Source: Parasitella parasitica NRRL 2501
Taxonomy: Eukaryota > Fungi > Mucoromycota
Direction: 5' to 3'
Assembly (NCBI GenBank): GCA_025201805.1
Contig: MU619255.1
Location: 68,214 to 111,998 of the forward strand
Length of the DNA: 43,785 nucleotides
The notes beneath the pieces are model-generated. The model was not told the DNA's origin and ran no database searches. It saw only the letters and a program-made list of their open reading frames with translations. The translations under genes were made by a program, and so were the position numbers. Shown here in pieces: positions 13,014 to 25,324 of this stretch. Each line of letters starts with the position of its first letter. Within the stretch, counting starts at the first letter, position 1.

Positions 13014-16000
13014 TTGCATAAACACAAATTTTTCAAACTGTCTAATAACAATCATCAAAAGAGTGATAAACAAGGTGAATCTTTCAATTCAAATAATCCC
13101 TTTGGAGATCATTTAATTCAAGATTCACCGTCGGCCGATCAGCCAACATCACCAATAAACCATTCTCCTTATAATCCTTTTGCTGATAATACACATGGTG
13201 CAGAAACCCATCAATATTCTCCGTCATATTTAGTCAATTCAAATACGGATTTAATTGACCTTCAACATGCTGCTAATTCATCGCGTCCCATGTCATCAAC
13301 ATTGTCGAATGCAAAAATTCCCAACTATACAGACTTGACAGACCCCTCCTTGGTGAATGCTCCTCATCTTGCAAGTGAACGTAAAAAGAAACAAAGAGGT
13401 AAGCATTCCTTCATGAACTTGAATGCATATCCTTACGTTAACTTGCAAACAGATATTTTTGAAGATCCAAAAATTGAGGATGCAGACATTTTCTCAAATA
13501 ACGTTTCTCCTCCTCCGCCACTGCCACCGCCTACAACATTGGCAGCAGCAGCATCTTCATCATCAGCAAACGATCGCTCAATGATATTAGCCTCAGATGG
13601 ATCAGGAGAATCTACATCCCCATACGCTCGTGCAAATATGCAATTACCCCAAAAGAAAAAGAAAACTAGACATATAGGCCGAGTGATAAAAGATGCTATT
13701 GCCAGTATAACAGGTCGTAAGCCAACAGTATCTGGCATTCCCGGCGAAAATGGCGCCCGCATCATCCACATAAACAACTCTCATTTGAACGACCAACAGA
13801 ACTTTTTGCACAACAAAGTGACAACAGGAAAATACAGTTTACTTGGCTTTTTGCCAAGATTTTTGTACGAAGAATTTTCGAAATATGCCAATCTTTTCTT
13901 TTTATTCGTTTCGTGTATCCAGGTGGGTTATATTGTTTCGAGAGAAAGTAAAGATGCAGGGTCTAACACTTTTTTCGCATAGCAAATTCCTGACATTTCT
14001 CCGACCTCGAGATGGACGACATTGGTACCCTTGGTGATTGTATTGTTTATCACAGCAGTAAAGGAAATTATCGAAGATTGGGTGAGTTGAAAAAAAAAAA
14101 GAAACCAGCTTGATAGTATCGGCTGACCAATCAAAAAATTAGGGCGTTCACCGCTCAGATGCTGAATTAAACTCTAAGCGATGCAAAGTTTTGGAAGGAA
14201 CTCAATTTGTGGAAAGGCAATGGAAAGACGTCAAAGTAGGCGATGTGTTACGTGTGGAGAGTGGTGAGAATTTCCCTGCAGATCTCATTTTGGTGAGCAG
14301 TAGTGAACCTGAAGGTCTTTGCTATATCGAAACTAGTAATTTGGATGGTGAAGTCAACCTCAAAATCAAACAGGCCTTGCCACAGACAGCTACTATTCTG
14401 AATCCCACAGACATGAGTCGATTACAAGGTGTCATCAAGTCAGAACAACCCAATAACAGACTATACAACTATGACGGTGCGATCTCTCTGACGGCGTACG
14501 GAAGCAATCATCGTGATATGCCTTTGGATCCAGCACAGATACTACTCAGAGGGGCTCAGCTGAGAAATACGCAATGGATTTATGGCATTGTTGTTTTTAC
14601 AGGCCACGAAACCAAATTAATGCTGAACTCGAGCAAGAAGCCTTCCAAGGTCTCCAACGTTACTCGTATCACCAACCGCAACATCATGTATTTGTTTTGG
14701 ATTTTAGTGGGTATGAGTATTGCGGGTGCTATTGGCGGCTTGTTGTTTACCATGTACAAGGGAGAACAAGCAGATTACTTGCCTGTTCACTCATTGAGTC
14801 GCGGCCAAGAATTTGGGTACGATATTCTGACGTATCTGATTCTGTTCAGCTCGTTTATCCCAATCAGTTTGATGGTTACCATGGAAGTTGTCAAGTTTAT
14901 CTTGTCCTATTTGATCGAGATGGATCTGGATCTTTACTACGAAAAGACAGATACACCTGCTTCTGCTCGCAGCAGTAGCTTGATCGAAGAGCTGGGCCAA
15001 GTCAAGTTTATATTCTCTGACAAGACAGGCACTTTGACATGCAATGAAATGCAGTTCCGTCAAGTCTCCATTGGAGGTTTGTTTTATGCAGATCAAGTGG
15101 ATCCGGACAAAGCTGCAAGAGAGGGCCCGGACGACCCTACCATGCAATACAATTTCGACCAGTTACAAGAACATTTGAATACGCACTCCACTGCCAATGT
15201 GATCAATGAATTCCTGACATTGCTGGCAGTATGTCACACTGTCATTCCTGAGAGACAGGAAAACTCTGACGAAATCATCTACCAAGCGTCTTCTCCCGAT
15301 GAAGGTGCTTTAGTCAAAGGCGCTTCGACACTTGGTTACAAGTTTCACACTCGCCGTCCCAACTCGATTACTTGTACTATCCGTGGCCAAGAGCAAGAAT
15401 TTCAAGTGTTGAATATCTGTGAATTCAACTCTACGCGCAAACGTATGTCTGCTATTGTTCGTGGGCCTGATAATCGTATCAAGCTCTACTGTAAGGGCGC
15501 CGACACTGTGATTTTGGAACGTCTTGCGCCTGATAATCCGTTTGTGGAACCTACGTTGATCCAGCTGGAAGAATGTGCGTCTGAGGGTCTCCGCACGCTA
15601 TGTATTGCCATGAGAGAAATCTCTGAAGACGAGTATGCGCGCTGGGCTCAAATTCAGGAAACTGCTGCTACAACGCTAGTCAATCGTGCCGAAGAACTGG
15701 ATAAAGCTGCTGAAATTATCGAAAAAGACATGTTCTTGCTAGGGGCTACTGCTATTGAAGATCGTCTGCAAGACGGCGTGCCTGATACCATACATACGTT
15801 GCAAGAAGCCGGCATCAAGGTGTGGGTTTTGACAGGCGACCGGCAGGAAACTGCAGTCAATATTGGGTATTCTTGCAAATTACTGAATGAAGACATGAGC
15901 TTAATTGTCTGCAACCAAGACAGCCACTGGGAAACTAAAAGCTTCCTGGAGCGAAAGCTGCGAGACATCAATGAAGTAATAACACGAGGAGAAGACATGG

Positions 16001-17474
16001 AGCCTTTGGCATTGATCATTGATGGCAGGGCCTTGACGTTTGCGCTGGAAAAAGACATTGAAAAGGTATTCTTTGAGCTGTCGGTCCTGTGCAAGGCTGT
16101 TGTCTGTTGCCGTGTCTCGCCCCTCCAAAAAGCCTTGGTGGTAAAGTGCGTCAAGAAATTCGACTCTTCTATTTTGCTGGCTATCGGCGACGGAGCTAAT
16201 GATGTTTCCATGATTCAAGCTGCTCACGTAGGCGTAGGTATCAGCGGAGTGGAGGGCCTCCAAGCTGCTCGTAGCGCAGATTTTGCAATATCGCAGTTCA
16301 GATTCTTGAAAAAGTTGTTGCTAGTGCACGGCGCATGGGCATATCAGCGCATGAGTAAAATGATTTTTTATTACTTTTACAAGAACATTGCGCTGTACTT
16401 GACACAATTTTGGGTAAGTTGGCTCAATATGACGAATTTCCTTGATCTAAGACGTTACATAGTACGCCTTTTACAATGGCTTTTCCGGCTCGACACTGTA
16501 CGAGTCTTGGACCATGTCCTGCTTCAACGTAATATTCACATTCCTACCTCCCCTAGTCATTGGCATCTTTGACCAAATCGTATCCTCCCGCATGCTGGAT
16601 AAATACCCCCAAATGTACATGCTCGGTCAAAAGAACGTATTTTTTAATCAAAGAAAATTCTGGGGCTGGATTGCAAACGCTACATATCACTCAGTTGTAA
16701 GTTTCATCCATTGTGCCATGCTGGGTTAAAACTCATCTCTTTTGTATTACCATTCAGGCTCTATTCTTTTTAGGAGTTGGGGCTTTTAGAACGGAAGGCG
16801 TTTTCAAAAACGGACTACTAAGTGGGCAATGGTGGGCAGGTGCCGCCGTATTTACGGGTGTGTTAGGATGCATCTTATGGAAAGGAGTGCTGATTATAGA
16901 GTAAGTAATCTCAAAACCGAGCGTCCCCGCAATCCGTTGGACTTGATTGGCTAACCAGACAGTATACAGCTTTTGGACAACCTACACTGTGATTTCGATG
17001 GTAGCATCTATGGCCGTCTGGTTTCTATATATGATCATCGTTGCCTATATAGGCCCCGCAATCTCAGTGAATGTTCTACCTGAATACTTTGGTATGGTGC
17101 CCATGCTGTGGGGAAATGTAAACTTTTGGCTGTTCTTGTTAATCGTGCCCTTTATTTGCAACCTGCGTGATTTTGTGTGGAAATAGTAAGTTGCCAAACT
17201 AGTCCATTGTCTGTGTAACTAACATGCATATATCTAATGTTTAAGCGGGCAACGTGTGTTTTGGCCAATGCCATACCACCATGTACAGGAGATTCAATAC
17301 TACAACCTGCCCGATTATCGACCTCGAATGGACCGTTTTAGAGAGGCTGTCAACAAAGTACGTCGCATCCAGAGATTGAAGCGCAATCGTGGCTATGCGT
17401 TCTCTCAAAATGAGACCGACCAAACAAAGATTATCCGTGCTTACGATACAACTGTACAAAAGCCTTCAGGCTAA
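13014..17474 (+). CDS. DRS2: Phospholipid-translocating P4-type ATPase (DRS2/ATP8A-like), multi-exon; start uncertain
   Basis: [15 protein letters not shown] phosphorylation motif, [18 protein letters not shown]-terminal GYAFSQ regulatory motif; introns near 13923, 14082, 16414, 16697, 16900 and 17186. Confidence 0.93.
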
Positions 17475-17739
17475 CCATTGTCATACATTATGTAAATAAA
17501 AGCTTGTGCGGGGGGCTGCATTGTAATATTTGGACGAACCATAACCGTTTTATTCCGACCTAGACTTGTCCAATACATCATGCTGCTTCTTTTGTTTGTA
17601 ATCCATATTTGGATAATGAGGTGATTTTTTTGATAACTCGAAATCTTACATAAATTATGCCTCGTTTTCTTTTTTCTTTTTTTTTTTCTCTGATTAAGCA
17701 TTTAATTTCTTACACTAGACCAAAAACAAACTATTAAAC

Positions 17740-18536
17740 ATGCAACACATTGACGCTGCTCAATTATATACTGACGGTAACTACCGTTTTGAATACGTCT
17801 CTAAATTCATGGACTTTGGTAAGTTGTACATTTGGTGCTGGCGGATGTGGGGCGGCGGCGGTGACAGGAGGCGATGAGACTAACCCAATCTCTCGCAATA
17901 GGCGCCGAGGATATCAAGGCCATTGAAGCTGTAGCTGACAAGATCCGCCCTTTGGTTCCGGTCGTTGTTGATGCGGTCTATGCCAAACTCTTTGAGTTTG
18001 ACGTTACAAAGAAGCATTTTGTCCCCAAAAACGAAGGCTTTCATGGCGAGGCTCCCACCTCTTTGGCAGACTTGACATTGGATCACCCTCAGATCAAGTT
18101 CCGTAAGGATTTCCTCGGTAAATATCTCAACAAGATTCTCTCCGGCCCTTATGATGACCGCTTTCTTCGCTATCTTGATTGGGTTGCTAAAATCCACACT
18201 GACACTCCTGAAAAAAAGTCAAAGATCAATGTTGACTATATCCATATCAACGCTTTGATGGGCTTTGTTGAATCTACTTTGGCTGGCGGTTTATTGTCTC
18301 TTAATTTGGATCGCGAGACTGAAGCCAAAGCGCTCTTGGCTTTCAACAAGTTGCTCTGGATCCAAAACGATTATTTTGCAAAGTACTATTGTAATCCTGA
18401 AGCTATCCACGATGCTGATCTCCGTAAAAAGGAGGGCTGCCTTGCCGCTTTAACCACCACCGCTGCTATTCTTCCTCTTGCTGTAGGTGTTATTGCTGGT
18501 GCCTTGGGTGCCTACTACCAATTACGCCGCGTTTAA
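17740..18536 (+). CDS. Protoglobin / sensor-type single-domain globin with C-terminal hydrophobic segment, 2 exons
   Basis: Exon 1 MQHIDAAQLYTDGNYRFEYVSKFMDF, intron 17819-17901, then GAEDIKAI..LVPVVVDAVYAKLFEFDVT..RKDFLGKYL..YLDWVAKIHT..VDYIHINALMG..AFNKLLWIQND, matching the fungal protoglobin-domain family as I recall it. Confidence 0.85.
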
Positions 18537-18704
18537 CCTTTTGTCATTATTTATTTCTATGTATTCTAAAATGAGGATTGCGCTTATGCATCTTATCATC
18601 GATCATTAATCGATCAATAAATTTAATCATTACAATTGAATCACATCGTTAGACACATGATATCTGTGTCACAACAGTGTCTTCAGTGCTAAATCACACT
18701 TTTC

Positions 18705-19252
18705 GGGAATACCTTGCGCTTTTAAACTTGCCAATTTGCGCATTTGATTAATCTTTGAATTCAAGAAAGCTTCTTCAATGGCGAGCTTCATCCACCATGT
18801 ATGACGAATGAAGGGGTGTAGATCTGCAGAAAACACCAAGCTGTATTCAGCGAATTGGAGAGGATTTCCTGTGATGAGTAATTTGACTTCACTTATGTGG
18901 CATCTAGAGCTGTAAAGGCGTGTATTTCAATTCAAAGAGCAACAAACCATGGATAGATGCCGTTCCCTTCGGGTCTGGGCATTGAAACATCAGGCTACCA
19001 AGCATTTGACCCATAATCTTTGGGCACTTTCCACCACCTTCCACAAAATCATTGATCCCTCGCAACTTCTACTATGCTAATTTCAATATGGGTAAATGAG
19101 ATGAGCATATCAGGAACCACATCCGGAACCAGGGATGATGCTCGTTTGTTTAATGACCTCTTTCTTTTCTTATTATTTGCCAATTTAGATGCTTTGGATG
19201 TAGACTCGGTACGTAATGTTAATAAGCTGCTATGAAAGGGGAGGTGCCACAA
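18705..19252 (-). pseudogene. Degenerate coding remnant, possibly PD-(D/E)xK nuclease-like family common in Mucoromycota
   Basis: Fragments KKRKRSLNKR..VVPDMLISFTHIEISIVEVARD, then after a frame change ..GKCPKIMGQMLGSL..HGLLLFELKYTPLQL* with stops. Confidence 0.4.
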
Positions 19253-19975
19253 TATTCTCTATGTATGCTGATCTGTTTGACATGCAAATATATTAACAAT
19301 ATAATTTACAGTATATGTCACCTCTGAGCAAATCAAATGACTTTCATTAGATATCAGATAGGCACAGCATATTGTCGAATGCCTTAAGACGCAGGAGAAA
19401 TGTAGTAACAACTTCTATATTTTCAGCAGGAAATAGGCTCCAAATTTAGATACCCATATATTTATTGGCTGCATTTACCCAATATCTGATAGGATAATTC
19501 TGAGGATCACCAAAAAGAAGAAATTTCTAATATGATACATGTAACTCTTTTTACTAAGCCCCGTTCCCCTTCCTAACATAATTCTATTTTGCCATCAGGT
19601 TTACCTACAAAAGTCAAAAAATATTGTGGTAAATTACAAAAAAAAAAGAGCATTTCTTGTAACCAAACAAAGAGTTGAGTTGATTCGTGATAGATTCAAA
19701 TGTATAAAAAGGCTCTTTTTTGATATGTAAACAAGTGGAAAAACTGCTTAAAGAGGCGTGTCGTACACGTAAACAATGGTGCATCTGTTTTGAACTTTGC
19801 ATAAAATTTTGTAATAGTTGGCAACCAAACAATGAAATGTTTTTGTAGACGTATAAACCATATTTCTTCTTGCAAGTTACATGCCAAGCCCATATGGTAT
19901 CGGGCAGACTATAAAGCGTTTTTCTTTCTTTACTTTTTTTTTTCCTCAAAGATTAAGAAATCTACTGAATACCGC

Positions 19976-22213
19976 ATGCCTCAATCTATACTTTTATTTC
20001 TAGCTGCGATATTACTCACGGCATCAACGGCCTCCGCCGAAATAGCAGCTAGAGCCAATTCATGTAATTTACAGGGCTGAAGAATAAATCAAGACAGTAG
20101 GCTAATATACACGTAACCCATAGGTTGTGGACTTATGTCTGGCAAGATCTACTGTTATGGAGGTTTGATTTTTACCGGCACAACTGAGACAAAAGCAGAC
20201 AGCACCTTACTGATGCTGGATATCACCAAGAATAGCGATGCTCCTTCCAATGATTTACAAGACATGTGGAAAGTTGTGTTTTTCGACAAAAATGACGTAG
20301 AAATGTCACCTCGAACAGACCCACAATGTCTTGTTGTCTCTGAACAGAACCGTATGTATATCAACGGCGGTTATGATGCAGTTGTCGGACATCGTCTTGA
20401 TACTCTGAACATAATATACAATGCTGCGCAAAATAGATGGTTTTTTAATGTAAATTATGGCGAATTCTATTTTGGAGAGAGGCAAATGTTGGTATATACC
20501 TGTAGATTCTGTAAATCATCAATATTGATCATATCTTCTCCAGATATTATGGGTCTGCTAGCTATGTGCCTGGGAAAGGTGCTGCTTTTTACGGTGGATA
20601 TGAAGAGTCTGTATACATATAATCACAGAGTCCTTAACACGCTTATTTAACAGTATTTCCATAAACATGATAGATACGGAAACCCAAGGTGGACACTAGA
20701 GAACACCAGTGTAAATGCTTTCTTTTTTGCAAAAAACAAAACCAGAACAATCGGCTACCCTTCAGTGACATATTTTAATGTTGAAGTAATGCTGGCAAGT
20801 ATTATCTCAATTGTCTATGAAATACATAAATTTAATCGGACGCTTTACATAGAAAGGTTCCTCGGGTCATATAGATCCCAAGGTAAAGCAATAAAAGGGT
20901 AGCCATCACGCTATTACTAATTTCTTGATATATACACCCATAGGGTCCTTGGGATTCACCACCTCTTTCAGCAGATGCCATAGATCAATTCTCGGCCAAG
21001 CACCAATCTGTGTTTGATCCTGCTACCAAGATGCTTCTGTTTATGGGTGGAGAATATCGAAAAAGTAAACCTCCATCACACACCCCTATTTTACGTCCCT
21101 ACAACCGCATAAAAGCATTCAACACTGAAACTAATGTATGGAGTTTTGTTAATCTTACTGGTGATTTGCCTGCGCCAGGAAGGTTTTATTCCACATTGAC
21201 ATTGCGTAAGATTTGGTAAACTGATATAACAGTTGGGACGTTCACTGACAAACACATGTTATATGTAGTACCTTCCACAAAACGACACGTCTTGTTGTAT
21301 GGTGGGGAACTCAATAATAAAGGTACGTTATTCAATCATGCCTACTCTTTGTCAGTTTACCAATTTTCTGCGTACATCGGCGTATGTAGTCGCGCTGGAT
21401 TACTGCTTTGTCTTGGATTTGGAGAGCAAAAAATGGACAAAACAAACCATAAGTGCGCCTAATGGAACCATCTTATCGAGATCAAGACATTCAGGTATTT
21501 CAAATGATATCGACAATGAACAAAAAGGGGATTAAAAGTGTTGCGTATGCATTCGTTAGCTGTACCTGTTGGAAACAATACTGTGTATATAATGTGGGGT
21601 ATTGACAGCAGCAATGTTGGTACCCGTTCAATACTTGCTCTGAACACAACGAACCCTTATGCCATTACATTGTCCAATAAGCAGACAGAGGAGGTCACTG
21701 AGATATTCGTCGCAAAAAATGTTGAGAGTGGTATTAGTACGGGTGTAAAAGCTGGACTCGCTGTGGCAGGTGTAGCTGCTGTAAGTTCCTTGGAGTACGA
21801 AATTGTTTATACGTATATGACTTTAATTTTTTGTCTCCTATATGTAGCTTGCGTTGGGCGCTCTTGTTGTTTGGCTTTGTATTCACTACAAAAAGAAAAA
21901 CAGAACGATGAGAGAGCAAGAAAGACAGATCACAGAGCAGCAGAAAAAGTCAGAGTATCATGAAAGCACTGAATCAGAACCCATTTACGTTGGCTGGGAT
22001 GAAATAGAAAATAAACACATTGAAGGTACAGCCTATACAAAGGTTGACATTGGTGCCAACTCGAGTAACGAAACGTCCACCACACTAGGCGGCAGAGTTG
22101 AGACACCGTCAGTAGCAGAAGCAATACCTCCTGATGGTATTGATACACATCAGCCTAATACAATAGATTTACTACAATCACCCGCGGTACTGAAACCTGA
22201 TGGTGGGTACTAA
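19976..22213 (+). CDS. Kelch/beta-propeller type-I membrane protein, paralog 1
   Basis: Signal peptide MPQSILLFLAAILLTASTASA; kelch-like blades KIYCYGG, MYINGGY, LLFMGGE, VLLYGGE, VYIMWG; TM GVKAGLAVAGVAA/LALGALVVWLCI followed by basic KKKNR; tail ending KPDGGY. Confidence 0.85.
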
Positions 22214-22620
22214 TTATTTCAATAAATCTACAATGTATTTTTTATTCATATTGTAAAGATTAATATTATTTGGTACTTATCATAAATTTTCACATCATCG
22301 ACATATTTAACTGTCCAGCTTCACACCTTGCATTCTTTAGTTGATCGCTATCAAGGGCATTATTTTCTATCTCATGCCACCATTATTCACAATAAAGAGC
22401 TATAAAATATAAAAGTGTACTGTAAAACCTATATAGTTTGAAGCAGACTCTATCGCTGGGTATAATACGCTCAATCTGCATATTTCCAATACGTAAAAGT
22501 TTGGGAATGAGAAAACTGCTTACAGCCTATGATTATCACAATTCCTGTTTATACATGATTTGCCAGTGAGTGTCTATTTTGAATTGAGAGCAAGGCATGG
22601 GCATAACTTGGAACATGTAC

Positions 22621-24890
22621 TAGGGTGAATCAATACCCAAGATTCTATTAAATACGATCTCAAAAGCTATTTTAATGCAGCATCGTTTTCGGTAGAAATA
22701 GATTGTACAGAGCCTAAACCATTACCTTTATTCCCACTTTAATGCACAATCTGGGATCTCCAATATCTCTGCAAACTTTTAAGCGATAGAGGTGCATCCT
22801 TCAGCCAAAGTTTCGTTCTTTTGCACCATTCTACAACATATTTAAATCTTATGTATTTCTGATCATTTTTCAGATTTTGCTCTGTTAGGACCCCAAACTT
22901 CATTTTCGATTTTCAATTTTCAAATTTGGGTCAACCTTCAGGGTCATTTTTAGGTACGAATTTCGGGTTCAGGGCAAGTATACATCCTAAGACTAGCATG
23001 ATAGCTGTACCTCACTACGTTTTTCGATTAACAATATCTATCTTTGCTGTCGAGATATTGCCAAAACCAGATTTTTCAGATTTTGTAGATTTTGTAGCAT
23101 TTGTTTCTATAAGAAGTGCAAAATTTTTCAAGTAAATCATATTTGAGTTCCTAACTTAAGTAATAAAGCACATTTTTGTACACCTATTGGTACTAGGCAT
23201 GTTGTAGTCAAGCCTGAGTTCGACAAGCTTGAGCCAATTTTGTCTTTTTACGTTAAACTTTGTTCCCTTATTTACAACAAACCACTAAGACATTTTGGGT
23301 TGAGCAATTATTAAAATCTATTTGAAACTTAATTCTCTAGTAGTTGTATTATTTTTAGATAGATATGTGGAAAAAAATTTTTTTTTATATGTTTTTAGCA
23401 GAGGCTTGATTTATTTTCATAACTTTCAGAGCAATAAATGGTATTTAATGATACCTGATATAGCAAAAAAAACACGTAGCTACAAAATAGCTACGGAACG
23501 GTCTTTATTTGATTAAAAAATGTGAATTTTTGAGCGAGATAATGGCAAAAAACAGCATGGTTTTTTTATCCTTTCGAATGGCTCCATTTTGGCCCTCTAA
23601 GTATAGGGACGAAAAGTTGTAGTTTAAATTTGGTCCCAACAAAATTTTAATTTTTGGCAGAAATAATAAAGCTACAGTTATGAACAAGATATTGACATGT
23701 AGGTATTGACATGATGGTTTGTTTGGCAAACTTTATAGAGCTAAAAGTTCTCAAAGTATGTTTGCTTTTACTCAAAAACTATCAAAAATGACGTTTTTTG
23801 AATATTTGGAAATTGGTAATAAAGAAATGTGTTTTTATAGCCTTTTAATTCATATTTATAGATTCAAAATTTACTTTTGTTATAAGTCACTTAGTAATCA
23901 TATCCGATATACCTATTTCGTTCTTGAGATATCTAGTAACAAACTATGCAAGATTTTTGAGAATCTGGTTTGGGCCAAATGAACACACACTGCTGAGATT
24001 CAATCTTCAGACTTTTTTTTCGCTGTAAATGAGTGCAACACCTATTTTCAATTGAAGAGCACAGCTTGATTCTAATAGGTAAACTTGGGTATGTCTTAAT
24101 ATGAGTCGATATTTGAGATACTGTATGCTATAGACTTAATATCATTTTTATATACCCTCATTTTTGGATGAAATGAATACCACCAGATCTGAAATATTGC
24201 CTTTTCTCCCGCTTAAATGCCCAAGTTGCAATCTCCAAGATCTTTACATACTATCAAGCGTTAGAGACATAATCTTCAGCCAAAATATTCTTTTTTTCCC
24301 ACCATTTACAACTTATGCGAGACTCATCTATGCCTGACCAGTTTTCAACTTTGAGTCAACCTTCAGGGTCATTTTTAGGAGCGGATTTGGGGTCCAGGGC
24401 AACCATACATCCTAATGCTGGTATGATAACTGTACCTCACTACGTTTTCCAATTAACAATATCTAACTTTGCTGTCGAGATATTGCCAAAAACAAGAATT
24501 TGCAGATTTTACAGTACATGGTCCTGTAACAAGTACCAAATCTCACTAATAAACCATACTTTTGAGTCCCCAAGTAACTTAAGAAAGCACGATTTTGCAT
24601 CCTTTTTGATATAAAATAAACCTTAGGAGATCTTGAATTCAGCAAGTGAAAGTTAATTGTGTCTTTTTATCCTAAACTTTGTTGGCTTGTTTCCCGAAAA
24701 AAACAACAAAAAAAAAAAAACAAGACACTTTTGATTAGATTGTTAAAATATGTTTGTAACTGAAATTTCTACCAAGTGTGTGAGTTTCAGATAGACACGA
24801 ACAACGAAATGTTTTTTCATATGTTTTTGGCAGAGACTTTATGAATCTTTATGATCTTCAAAGCAACAGAGAATATTTAAGATATATAAT
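22621..24890. mobile_element. Two diverged direct copies of an AT-rich non-coding repeat (~22620-23450 and ~24160-24890), probable non-autonomous transposon remnants
   Basis: Shared blocks such as gtcaaccttcagggtcatttttagg (22930/24356) and gtacctcactacgttt..ttaacaatatctaa.ctttgctgtcgagatattgccaaaa (23007/24432); no long ORF. Confidence 0.6.
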
Positions 24891-25324
24891 ATAATATAAA
24901 TTTTTACCCTTTTGAATGTCTCATTTTTAGCCATATAAACCCGCTTAAAATTGATAAACATTGTTTAATCATAAAAATGGCAACATCCAACTTTAGAGCC
25001 TTGACATCAAAAGTGCACGTCAAAGATTTTAAAAACTACTTCCATCTAATAATACTTTGATTCATTGAATTAGTTGATACAGACATGATAAATATGATGG
25101 TATAGCGCTTTTCACTCTCATCTGATGGTTCACGAATACACATTAGACAATGAAATGCCTTTTTGCGTGTATGCATGTACTGCATTTATGTGCAGCAACA
25201 TTGTTTTCAAGTTACACAGAACACCCCTATAGTATCAAAACAATCTAAAGCAATTGACTTTGGCAATTCCTTTCTTTGCTTTCTTTCGTTTTTCGTTTTG
25301 TGTTTTTTTTTGTTATTGCAAAAG

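Noticed and set aside
14574-16263. Overlapping and antisense ORFs inside the P4-ATPase
   Set aside because: Shadow ORFs of a long coding exon; no independent motifs
22926-24645. Paralogous small ORFs (69 and 99 aa) in the repeats
   Set aside because: Similarity reflects the DNA repeat; frames and starts are not conserved
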